DNA of 32,298 bases from a virus (taxonomy: Duplodnaviria > Caudoviricetes). Within the stretch, counting starts at the first letter, position 1, and each line of letters opens with the position of its first letter. This document shows, piece after piece, positions 1 through 8,312 of the stretch. The notes below the pieces were generated by a model. It searched no databases. It was not told where the DNA came from and saw nothing but the letters and a program-made list of their open reading frames with translations. The stretch covers positions 1 through 32,298 of IMG/VR virus record IMGVR_UViG_3300008266_000827. One strand, written 5' to 3'. The translations under genes were made by a program, and so were the position numbers.

Positions 1-851
1 TTAACAGTACGATTCATGTAGAACGCGCACTTGCCCATGCCCATAGTCGGGATTCTGTGGTAAGCACGGATCATTAATTCCGTAAGGTCAGCCGCACTTG
101 ATTTGGAAACCAAGTTAGACACGTCGATAGAACCAATTCGAACTGCATATCTCCAGTCACGAACTGCAACGCCGCACTTCCATTGCCATTGATCTTGGTA
201 TGCTCTCATGCGTTGACCAGCAACACCTGCAGTCGTCTCAACAGTAACTTCGCCATGATCTTCATGAATCAAGCCAGCCTTAGATCCTTTAGGGAAAATA
301 CCGTGAACAGTATTAGCACCCCAACAGATCAGCCAGATTGAAGTATTGTCAGATCCTGAACCGCCAGCATCCAAAACATTTTGTCCGTTTACAGCTGCAG
401 GATCAGAGTATCGAACTGACAAGCCTGTGAACTCTTCAGCCGCAAGACCAGAGTTTCCATAAAACAATGTTTGAGCCATTTCCTGATTCATTGCTTCAAT
501 GAATGCTTGTGCTTCAGACAAACGAAACGCTGGAGTGTTTCCGTTCAACAAAGCCAAGTCTTTATCAACTTCAGACCATGCTTCAAGCATTCCACACTGC
601 TCATCGATCTGCGCAGTTGTCGATTTTGAAGGCTGAACACCGTTGTTAAGCAAGCGCCATGCAACAGTTGGAAGTCCAGTTCGAACAGTCGTTCTGTGAC
701 CAGTTGGCAAATTGCCTTCCACCCACAACATGTCTTGCAAGATTTCATTTGTTTGTGCCAACAGTTCCACGATAGATGGAACCTTTCCTTGAGGATCAAG
801 ACGCTTTGCCCAGTCAGCAAGCGTTAGTGCATTTGCTCCAATTGTAGCCAT
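1..851 (-). CDS. Major capsid protein, epsilon15 gp7/BPP-1 Bbp17-like (3' end runs off the window)
   Basis: Not in the ORF track; translated by hand from the ATG at 851, which has an AAGGAG RBS: MATIGANALTLADWAKRLDPQGKVPSIVELLAQTNEILQDMLWVEGNLPTGHRTTVRTGLPTVAWR...QWKCGVAVRDWRYAVRI. These motifs are typical of this capsid family, and the gene follows the scaffold gene. Confidence 0.93.
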   Translation of the reverse strand, partial: MATIGANALTLADWAKRLDPQGKVPSIVELLAQTNEILQDMLWVEGNLPTGHRTTVRTGLPTVAWRLLNNGVQPSKSTTAQIDEQCGMLEAWSEVDKDLALLNGNTPAFRLSEAQAFIEAMNQEMAQTLFYGNSGLAAEEFTGLSVRYSDPAAVNGQNVLDAGGSGSDNTSIWLICWGANTVHGIFPKGSKAGLIHEDHGEVTVETTAGVAGQRMRAYQDQWQWKCGVAVRDWRYAVRIGSIDVSNLVSKSSAADLTELMIRAYHRIPTMGMGKCAFYMNRTV

Positions 852-868
852 TTAAAACTCCTTTTTAA

Positions 869-1492
869 TTAATTTTGTTTACTTCCATAAAAAATATCTT
901 CAATAGATTTTTGACCGCCAGTGTTTACATTCCCACCGATGATCTTGGCCTCTCTCATTGCTTGTCCAATTCTCGCGAATACTCGGACAAGTTCTGGGTG
1001 ATTGCCGTATCCTGAAGAGTCGAGAGCAGATACAAACTGTGGAGTGCTGAACTTCTCAAGCGTTCGCTTTGCTAGCTCTGCGTTCTCAGCAAATTTCTCG
1101 CCACCTATTTCTGGATCAGCGATTGTTTGTTGTTTCCACTGTTCTTTAACCTGTTCCCATTTTTGAATCTGTGAATCGTAATAACTCTTTCTTGCAGTCT
1201 CTTCTCTTTGAAGTAACTCTTGCGCTTGATCTTGAGAGAGTTTCTTTTCCTTCGCGTAGGCTTCGAAACTTTCAAGGTAAGCAGAATCTATCAAAGACTC
1301 CTCTTGCAGCTTAAGCTCGTACTTTTCTGGTACGACTGGCTCAGCTGGTTTTGGTGCATCCTGCGTAGTTTGAGTTTGTTGATTCGCTGTTGCTGCATCA
1401 GTATTGGCACTTGCCTCGACTTTTGCTGCATCATTTGCTTGAACCGCATTCGGTGTTTCTGTAGCGGCTGTTTGCACAGTTTCTGTAGACAT
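869..1492 (-). CDS. Capsid scaffolding/assembly protein
   Basis: Low-complexity T/A/Q/E N-terminus, then VPEKYEL...LSQDQAQ...GYGNHPELVRVFARIG...IFYG. Sits directly upstream of the major capsid gene. Confidence 0.8.
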   Translation of the reverse strand: MSTETVQTAATETPNAVQANDAAKVEASANTDAATANQQTQTTQDAPKPAEPVVPEKYELKLQEESLIDSAYLESFEAYAKEKKLSQDQAQELLQREETARKSYYDSQIQKWEQVKEQWKQQTIADPEIGGEKFAENAELAKRTLEKFSTPQFVSALDSSGYGNHPELVRVFARIGQAMREAKIIGGNVNTGGQKSIEDIFYGSKQN

Positions 1493-1495
1493 TGC

Positions 1496-1795
1496 TTATT
1501 CCCCCTTATTGCTTTTAATCATTTTTAAATAGCTGTCAGGATCAACTCGCATGATGTCTGACATTAACTTTAATCCTATATTGCGCTGTCCCTCAAGGAA
1601 AAAAGTTTCACTAGACCCTGTAAAGCTTGATTTAAATACTCCGCACTTCTCTAGCATGTTCCAAATAAATCTTCGACCTTGGTCTGATGCGAGTAAAAAC
1701 TTAAGATCATTATCCTCGGTATCTTGTTTGAATTTGTTTTTCTCTCTATCGATCTTGATCTGATTCTCATCAGCTGCGTTCTTAACTTTACTCAT
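1496..1795 (-). CDS. Bbp19-like head-module protein
   Basis: GRRFIWNMLEKCGVFKSSFTGSSETFFLEGQRNIGL motif, located between portal and scaffold as in BPP-1-like phages. Confidence 0.75.
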   Translation of the reverse strand: MSKVKNAADENQIKIDREKNKFKQDTEDNDLKFLLASDQGRRFIWNMLEKCGVFKSSFTGSSETFFLEGQRNIGLKLMSDIMRVDPDSYLKMIKSNKGE

Positions 1796-1929
1796 AATCG
1801 TCTAGGCCTTCGTCTAAATAATATTGGATATGGAAAACTATCTGTATCAATAGGAGGTACTGTCCCAGTAACTGGAGGCCAATAAGTAGATTTAAAATAT
1901 ACTGGCGCAAAAAAACCTTTTGGAAACAT
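1792..1929 (-). CDS. Small 45-aa protein rich in aromatics and Pro, with an Arg-rich tail
   Basis: Below the track cutoff: MFPKGFFAPVYFKSTYWPPVTGTVPPIDTDSFPYPILFRRRPRRL. It has a TAATG overlap with the upstream stop and an ATGA overlap with the downstream start, so it is coupled on both sides. Confidence 0.7.
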   Translation of the reverse strand: MFPKGFFAPVYFKSTYWPPVTGTVPPIDTDSFPYPILFRRRPRRL

Positions 1930-2708
1930 TAAGACTCGCTTACGTCATAAGTTATAGATGTACGATTTCCGTTTGAATCCACGGTAGCAACAATTCTATC
2001 TTTGTCATCAACAATATTTCTAAACGTAATGGTTGTTGTCTCTGCGCCGCTGACTTTGCCAGCAACAGATGAAAGAACTAGACGAAGGGCTTCGCGCAAA
2101 GAGTAACCTGTTTCGATATCTTGATTGTCTAAGAGCTCTGCAGTTAATCCCTCAGGACTTAATGGCGTTGCGCCTCCAGCTTCGGCAATCATAAATGCAA
2201 GTGCTGTATTAATAGCATTAGAAGATAACAGCATTGTAGTAGTAGCTTGGACAGGAATAATCCCACCAAGAATTGCACTGCTAGAAATTACAATAAACCC
2301 ACTTGCATCTGCTGATACACCAGCAGACAAATTTGCATTTGAAACTGCTATTGCAAAAGATGCAGATCCTATAAGAGCAATAATTTGATCAGCCTGAGCG
2401 TTTGTTAAAGTTAAAACTAAAAACGCAGAGGCCGTCATGTTTAAACCCATTTTTGCGTCGGCATTTGATTTAACAAGACTTAATATCGCTGGATTATAGG
2501 ACGACATTGCGCCACCAACATTAGGAAGAACCCAGCTGACAGGTGCTAAATATCCATATGGCGTGCCAGATATTTGTCCATATTTAGAAAGTCTATTTTT
2601 TAAACTTGCTGGAGGGGAGTAATTGAACGCAGTCATAGACGTTGCAGTACCTGCAAATGTCCTAATCGATGTTCTATTTAATAGAGTGTAGTTCCCTATT
2701 AAAGCCAA
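1929..2708 (-). CDS. Putative virion structural protein, A/S/G/T-rich
   Basis: 259-aa ORF with an extended middle of small residues. The C-terminus REALRLVLSSVAGKVSG...RIVATVDSNGNRTSIT resembles phage structural hypotheticals. Confidence 0.6.
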   Translation of the reverse strand: MALIGNYTLLNRTSIRTFAGTATSMTAFNYSPPASLKNRLSKYGQISGTPYGYLAPVSWVLPNVGGAMSSYNPAILSLVKSNADAKMGLNMTASAFLVLTLTNAQADQIIALIGSASFAIAVSNANLSAGVSADASGFIVISSSAILGGIIPVQATTTMLLSSNAINTALAFMIAEAGGATPLSPEGLTAELLDNQDIETGYSLREALRLVLSSVAGKVSGAETTTITFRNIVDDKDRIVATVDSNGNRTSITYDVSES

Positions 2709-2711
2709 AGC

Positions 2712-3995
2712 TTACCCCCAAGCCGATTCAATGTGACCAATAAATGTAGTGCTCGCTGCAGTCGTGCTACCTGCCACATAAATTAAACCAAGAACAGCTC
2801 CGTCTACAATTTGCTCAAGACTTGGCATCATGTTAACAAAATCTCGCTCATAGTAAATGTTGGCAGCTGGCAAAGGAAGCATAGCTAGCTCTTTGTACAG
2901 GTACATATGATAATAAGTACCGGCAGTACCAGTCGCTGCAGATAATTGAATCGACTGAATCGACCTAATACCTGCATCATTATTTGCTAATGGAAGTGGG
3001 AAATAATTTGAAGCTGCCACACCCGAATGAGTGATATGCCCTTGAATTGCCGATGAAGTACAAGCAACGGTGACTGGCATTTGACGAGATCCAGTGCCGC
3101 CTGAATTCGTGTAAGTCATCGCAACGTTGTGTGCTACTGCCCCGACAGTTGTTGGCGCTGCATTTGATATCACATAACCAGTTCCACCTGAGGCCATAAA
3201 GGCCCGAACACCTGCTCCGGTTGTGTATCTGGTAAGTGTATTTGTATTACTGCAAGTTTGAGCAAGCGCAGAGTTGGCATCGATATAAGGATATGATCCA
3301 AGTAAATCAACTAAATAAAATTGACCTATACCTGTCGCTGCAGTTGTCATAAGACCCATGTTTAAAAGTGATTTTAAATCAGTAGAAACTGAGCCACCGT
3401 GAAACAATGCTGGCGAATTTGCCGTAGTAAACGGCTGAAACATTGGCGTAATAGTGCCAGAAGATGATCCCCATTCAACGACAGAAATGTTCGATACTGA
3501 AAACACACCTGTACTAACAGATGCTTGCAACACAAAGCCAGCTGTTGATGATGCTGTTATTACCTCAACAAAAGTCCCTATTGCCGCTCGGACAGTTCCC
3601 GTAGCACCGCCAAGTGTGAAATTAACATTCGAAGATGTCCATGCAGAAATCGTATATTGAACACGATAAAAACGACCTGCAACAATACCTATATTTAAAG
3701 AATCAGCCGTTAGAGTTGTCGCGGTACCAGATGTCTTAGCAAAAGTATTAGCTGTTGCTGCCCATCCTGTACCATTTGGAGTCCAGTTAAATAAACTAAC
3801 TGGAGCAAATGAATTTATAAGATGCTCACCTGGTCCCATTCGATCAGGAGATCCAGGCAATATAGATAAATCATAAGCACGGCCTGCAGTATATGCAGTT
3901 GTGATACCAGTAACTTTGTTTATCTGCGATCTAAACTTTTTACCATTCGTTGTAATCTCATTTATTAAATCATCTGTACCTGAAAAACCTGGCAT
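2712..3995 (-). CDS. Putative virion beta-rich protein, paralogue of 3997..4848, with an inserted CBM-like domain
   Basis: The likely start is ATG 3995 (MPGFSG), 1 nt after the upstream stop, giving 427 aa. Shares YPxID, LTRxTTGxGV, TYTN, PLAxxDxGIRS and terminal WG with its neighbour. Confidence 0.65.
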   Translation of the reverse strand: MPGFSGTDDLINEITTNGKKFRSQINKVTGITTAYTAGRAYDLSILPGSPDRMGPGEHLINSFAPVSLFNWTPNGTGWAATANTFAKTSGTATTLTADSLNIGIVAGRFYRVQYTISAWTSSNVNFTLGGATGTVRAAIGTFVEVITASSTAGFVLQASVSTGVFSVSNISVVEWGSSSGTITPMFQPFTTANSPALFHGGSVSTDLKSLLNMGLMTTAATGIGQFYLVDLLGSYPYIDANSALAQTCSNTNTLTRYTTGAGVRAFMASGGTGYVISNAAPTTVGAVAHNVAMTYTNSGGTGSRQMPVTVACTSSAIQGHITHSGVAASNYFPLPLANNDAGIRSIQSIQLSAATGTAGTYYHMYLYKELAMLPLPAANIYYERDFVNMMPSLEQIVDGAVLGLIYVAGSTTAASTTFIGHIESAWG

Positions 3996-3996
3996 A

Positions 3997-4848
3997 TTAA
4001 CCCCACGTTGTTTGAATGTTACCGTAAATTGGAGCCGATGCGATTGAAGCATTCGGCAATACTAAGAAAGAAAGATAAGCACCGTCTGGAATAATTGGCA
4101 TATTTAAACCAGTATCAATTAAGAAATCTTTTTCTGCTGGTACATTGGCTTCTCTAATCGAAAGATTTCCTAAATCTTTACACAATACAAGAGCGAAGAT
4201 CCCACCATTTGCACTTAGAAACGTAAACGATTGAACTGATCTTATTCCAGTATCGCCGTCTGCTAATGGAATAAACCAAGCGTTAGACATTGCTCCCGAT
4301 GAAGCGCCACTAGATATTATTGTTCCTGCAGTTGTTGCAAGATTACTTCGGCATAACTTGCTCGTGCGGCCTGAAACCCCAGCTTGATTTGTGTATGTAA
4401 TAAAAAACTCAGCGCCGCCAATGTATGTTCCTTGAGCTACGACATACGCATTAACGCCTACCCCAGTAGTTTCTCTGGTTAGAGAATTTGTATTATCAAA
4501 GACCTGCTCATCTGTAGAATCTCCATCAATAAATGGATAATACAAAAGTGAGTCTATAAATAATAAATTAACTGGAGCAACAGAACACATCGCAGTCACT
4601 CTCTTTAAATGCTTTTGGTCAGAAGAGACATTTGATCCATGCTGAATTCCCTCCCTAGCAAGTAAGTATTCAGCCTTGAGAGGAGTTGATGCGTAGAAGT
4701 TAGTTACTGGATGTCCCGACATATTTGAACCATCAAACCAAACTCCAGCTGTTGTGACTACAGTCGTTGTCTTACGAAAGGTCGAAGAGTGAGTCTGGCC
4801 ACCTATCACAACTTTATTGCTGTAATCACTCAAGCTTATAAAACTCAT
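3997..4848 (-). CDS. Putative virion beta-rich protein, paralogue of 2712..3995
   Basis: 283-aa ORF in a tightly packed operon, sharing the motifs listed for the downstream gene. Confidence 0.65.
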   Translation of the reverse strand: MSFISLSDYSNKVVIGGQTHSSTFRKTTTVVTTAGVWFDGSNMSGHPVTNFYASTPLKAEYLLAREGIQHGSNVSSDQKHLKRVTAMCSVAPVNLLFIDSLLYYPFIDGDSTDEQVFDNTNSLTRETTGVGVNAYVVAQGTYIGGAEFFITYTNQAGVSGRTSKLCRSNLATTAGTIISSGASSGAMSNAWFIPLADGDTGIRSVQSFTFLSANGGIFALVLCKDLGNLSIREANVPAEKDFLIDTGLNMPIIPDGAYLSFLVLPNASIASAPIYGNIQTTWG

Positions 4849-4851
4849 TTT

Positions 4852-5010
4852 TTAATCTTCTTCATCTTTAATAAAAAGTTTTTTTAAATACTCAAACTTC
4901 GCAGTCTGAGCTTCGTCTAATGGAGTGCCCTCTTCAAGCTGAGCCAAGTACATCTTAAAAAGCTGTAAAGGTTTTGATTTCATTAGAGCCAGTTCTTCAG
5001 CCTGAGTCAT
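4852..5010 (-). CDS. Small 52-aa hypothetical protein
   Basis: Below the track cutoff: MTQAEELALMKSKPLQLFKMYLAQLEEGTPLDEAQTAKFEYLKKLFIKDEED. Fills the gap exactly, 3 nt from each neighbour. Confidence 0.7.
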   Translation of the reverse strand: MTQAEELALMKSKPLQLFKMYLAQLEEGTPLDEAQTAKFEYLKKLFIKDEED

Positions 5011-5013
5011 CTA

Positions 5014-5421
5014 TTAATCCAGAGTGAATGACAATGCATTCGCTGCGAACTGAGGCTGAACTCCAGTTGATACAGTGATCGATGAATTTAAAGCTGCTCG
5101 AACAATAATATTCCCAGCGCCTGATGCGGTATCAACAATTGAAGCATGAGTAATTATATTCGATCCAGATGTACAAGCTGCAAATTGCTCTAAGTTAGCG
5201 TTAGATACTGTGTTTCCAGATACCGTAAAGTCAGTCGCACGAGTTAAAACAACACGCGCATAACCTCCGTATGTCGCCTCAGATGTTACAGCTGTGCCTG
5301 CTTCACCTGGATCTGCTGTGTGAAGTGCAAGCCACAAGTTTGTGTTTCCATTCCAGCTTAATGCAGTGCCGACGAACACCTGATTTAAGACTGCTGTCTC
5401 TGCTGTATTACTAAATGACAT
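5014..5421 (-). CDS. Small phage structural beta protein of a family usually labelled tail-fibre-associated
   Basis: LWLALHTADPGEAG...EATYGGYARV...ITHASIVDTASGAGN...PQFAANAL pattern, a widespread phage structural family. Confidence 0.65.
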   Translation of the reverse strand: MSFSNTAETAVLNQVFVGTALSWNGNTNLWLALHTADPGEAGTAVTSEATYGGYARVVLTRATDFTVSGNTVSNANLEQFAACTSGSNIITHASIVDTASGAGNIIVRAALNSSITVSTGVQPQFAANALSFTLD

Positions 5422-5425
5422 ATGC

Positions 5426-5773
5426 TTATCTCCTAACTAAAGTGATTATATTTATGCTAGTGCCAGATCCACCGCTAACACTTGGCCGAATGTATCTAGT
5501 TATTTCCATTACCTGTTCAATTTTTGCTGATGTCAACGCGATGTTATTACCTTGAGGATCTGTTAACAAAGACCAGTTAGTCCCATTATTTGATCCCTCA
5601 ATATTAACAGTCGCACCGCCGAACGTGCCTGTAACTTGAATCGACCTATCAGCCCATCCTGTCATCTCTAATGGACGGCCAGTGTCGCCTGTCGTAAGTC
5701 CAGTCCATGTAATAATGCTTGCCCTGTCTCGCCATGTGTTCAGAGTTTCCACAGAGTAATCCACAACAGCCAT
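5426..5773 (-). CDS. Small beta-sandwich virion protein, possibly decoration or appendage base
   Basis: SIQVTGTFGGATVNIEGSNNGTNW...RYIRP pattern; TAATG overlap with the portal stop. Confidence 0.55.
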   Translation of the reverse strand: MAVVDYSVETLNTWRDRASIITWTGLTTGDTGRPLEMTGWADRSIQVTGTFGGATVNIEGSNNGTNWSLLTDPQGNNIALTSAKIEQVMEITRYIRPSVSGGSGTSINIITLVRR

Positions 5774-7494
5774 TAGATACCTGCATTCGCAAGGCCTAGC
5801 ATTGCTCCGAGCGCCTTATCTTCTGAGAGATCTGTCTGACTTAAATCCTTGGCCGTCTTTGCAGCTTGCATTTCCATTTGAGCTTGCTGCGCCATTTGTT
5901 GCTGTCTTGCTCTTTGAGATCTAATTTCAGCAACCTCTTCGTCTGTTCTAACAATAGAAGGAGGAAGCGAAATAGTATCCGCATAAACGTCAAGAATTTG
6001 ATCTGTTTTAATCTTATCCAAAACCGAAGGATCAACCCCAGCGACTTGACCCGCAAAGCCTGTAAATCTCTCAATAGCAGAAACTCCCAAAAGCTTTTGA
6101 GCTTGAGCCATAATAGAAATGTACTCGACTTTTAAATCAATACCCTGAAGCTCTTGAGGCGGCGGCGGGATTAAACCTTGCTTTACATGAATATCAAAAA
6201 CAATATCTGTCATGGGATCTAATAGATCTTGATTCAATTGCTCTAATACTGGTCCAAGAGCTAAGAGTTTCTCTTCATGCCGCTCTTCAATCTCTCTTGC
6301 TGTGATTTGCCTTCTATCTGTATTTGCAAGCATTAAAAACAAGTCCTCATAGAACGCTCGTTGAATTCGACTTCGAACTTGATTTTGCTTCATTTCCATT
6401 TCTTGAATTCTAAAGTTGATTTCATGAGATGGCCGAAACCCTTGCTGTCCAGATACCGTGTCAACATAAGTAATATCGCCCGGCAATATACTTGCTGCTG
6501 AGTTTTTTAAAGATGTTGGCCCTGTCATAGGAGGCCGGACCATTTTATCAACAGCCTCCATAACTCGCTTCTCGCCATGCTGAAGCTGCTTCACGTCCCC
6601 TAAAGCTTCCATGCCAGGACAAGACGTTCCATATACATCCTCACCAGTTGTCTCCCATCTCGGACATAGGATTGGAAAATAATCGAAGCCCCCCTCTTCA
6701 AGCAATCGATCTTCGTATGTGGAATCCATTCCGGAATTTGTTCCGGTCTCGTAATAATATGAAATAAACTTTTTGAATTTAGGAAAAGGATTGTTTCTTT
6801 TATAGTCTTTATTCGGCATGATAACATGAGTCACGTCTATCCAAGACTGATACATCCCTTGATCATATAAATTTCTTACATGAACTGAAAATTTAGACCA
6901 GTCTGGCTTGCCTGTTTTTTCATCAACCTTGCCGAACTGCTCAATAAGCTGAGCCACTGTCATTCTAAATTCTCTGTAAAAAGTATTTACCCTGCCGTTT
7001 TGACCTTTCGCAATCATGTAAGATCCAACAGGAAACGATTTAAAATGAATCACTTCCCCAGTAAAATCCTCTTCAATAGAAACAGGAGCAGTACCAAAAA
7101 CACCAAGGTCTCCATACATAACAGGTAATATATTATAAAGATTCGATTTTAAATAAGACGTGGCCATAATTCTTTGAACGTCATCGAGCCATTTTTTAAC
7201 TGCTCCGAACTCTGCAAGGTCTGGGTCTGGCGTAGTCAAACGAAACCAAGGCCGAGCAGGTGAAGTTATACCTGCCATCATTCCAGATCTTAAAGTTCTA
7301 GCTGCAAGTGTTGCAGTTGAATCAATAATCTTTTGATTTTTTTTCTCGCCCCTATTTGCTTCCGTAATGCTAAACCTAGATCGGCGGGGAAGTATATAAT
7401 CAGAAATATCTCTCCAATGAGAAATAAATGAAGATCTTTCAGAGTCTAATTGATTTTTAAGAATGTCTAAATGATGACGTTTTGATTTATACAT
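5773..7494 (-). CDS. Portal (head-tail connector), T7 gp8/Bbp21-like
   Basis: 573 aa with IIDSTATLAARTLRSGMMAGITSPARPWFRL, PRWETTGEDVYG, ITAREIEERHEEKLLALGPVLE and a Q-rich C-terminal tail. Confidence 0.93.
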   Translation of the reverse strand: MYKSKRHHLDILKNQLDSERSSFISHWRDISDYILPRRSRFSITEANRGEKKNQKIIDSTATLAARTLRSGMMAGITSPARPWFRLTTPDPDLAEFGAVKKWLDDVQRIMATSYLKSNLYNILPVMYGDLGVFGTAPVSIEEDFTGEVIHFKSFPVGSYMIAKGQNGRVNTFYREFRMTVAQLIEQFGKVDEKTGKPDWSKFSVHVRNLYDQGMYQSWIDVTHVIMPNKDYKRNNPFPKFKKFISYYYETGTNSGMDSTYEDRLLEEGGFDYFPILCPRWETTGEDVYGTSCPGMEALGDVKQLQHGEKRVMEAVDKMVRPPMTGPTSLKNSAASILPGDITYVDTVSGQQGFRPSHEINFRIQEMEMKQNQVRSRIQRAFYEDLFLMLANTDRRQITAREIEERHEEKLLALGPVLEQLNQDLLDPMTDIVFDIHVKQGLIPPPPQELQGIDLKVEYISIMAQAQKLLGVSAIERFTGFAGQVAGVDPSVLDKIKTDQILDVYADTISLPPSIVRTDEEVAEIRSQRARQQQMAQQAQMEMQAAKTAKDLSQTDLSEDKALGAMLGLANAGI

Positions 7495-7827
7495 TTAACT
7501 ACCTAATAAAGTTTTGCCAGATTGAGGAGCAGCTGAATCGACAGGAGTTCCAAGCGGAGAGGTCAGGATTGTCGAAGATCGACCTTTCCCTGACATCATT
7601 CGCTGTCTGTTTTTTGCCGTAGCAAATTTAGATTGCTCTTGAGATTTAGCCTCTTGCTCGGCCATTTGCTTTTCTCTTTTTTCTTGAGCAATCCCTGCCT
7701 TTCTTGACTCTTCTTTCATGGCTTCCTTTTGTTTTGTTCCGGTAAATACTTCACCAACATCGCCAAGACTTTGATTTACAAAATTCTCTAGTGAATCAAA
7801 ATATCCGCCGCCGCCACTGCCGCCCAT
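7495..7827 (-). CDS. Small virion protein upstream of portal (T7 gp7.3-like position)
   Basis: MGGSGGGG start, GRSSTILTSPLG, and a KTLLGS end typical of pre-portal podovirus proteins. Confidence 0.65.
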   Translation of the reverse strand: MGGSGGGGYFDSLENFVNQSLGDVGEVFTGTKQKEAMKEESRKAGIAQEKREKQMAEQEAKSQEQSKFATAKNRQRMMSGKGRSSTILTSPLGTPVDSAAPQSGKTLLGS

Positions 7828-7828
7828 A

Positions 7829-8287
7829 TTAAACCTTCTTTCCTAGCAATAAATCGACGGGCTTATATCCCATCTTTTCTAAGAGTTTTGAATATCCATT
7901 GTCATAATCAACAGGAGCCCCACATAAAAAGTATTTAGCGCCATAGTCTTTCAGAACATTTTCAGCATACTTTATGAGCTTTGGAGCTATTCCTCTTTTT
8001 GTTTTTCTATATTCTGGCTTTATATAAATCACATCTTGATAAGCCTGTTTTGCATTTACATGAGGATGGCGATTCAGGAAAAATGTGGTGTAGCCGACTA
8101 GCTCTTTATTAATTCTCGCAGTAAACGCGAACCAGCACTTACCTATTTCAAGTGCGTCCATAAGATCAGTATTAAGATCAAGGTCGAGATTATTATGCCA
8201 TGAAGTCTCTTTGAAGTTCTCGTATATTAACGGCATAACTTCATAACGAACATCGCTGAATTTCTCTTGCTTGATTTCTATTTCCAC
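7829..8287 (-). CDS. GNAT-family N-acetyltransferase
   Basis: ELVGY...DVIYIKPEYRKTKRGIAPKLIKYAE...LLEKMGY matches GNAT motifs A and B; GTG start. Confidence 0.8.
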   Translation of the reverse strand: MEIEIKQEKFSDVRYEVMPLIYENFKETSWHNNLDLDLNTDLMDALEIGKCWFAFTARINKELVGYTTFFLNRHPHVNAKQAYQDVIYIKPEYRKTKRGIAPKLIKYAENVLKDYGAKYFLCGAPVDYDNGYSKLLEKMGYKPVDLLLGKKV

Positions 8288-8312
8288 TTTTCAAAGCGTC
8301 ATTTAATTTTAT

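Noticed and set aside
545-820. 91-aa minus-strand ORF in the track
   Set aside because: It is an alternative frame inside the major capsid gene, which the track missed because its stop lies outside the window.
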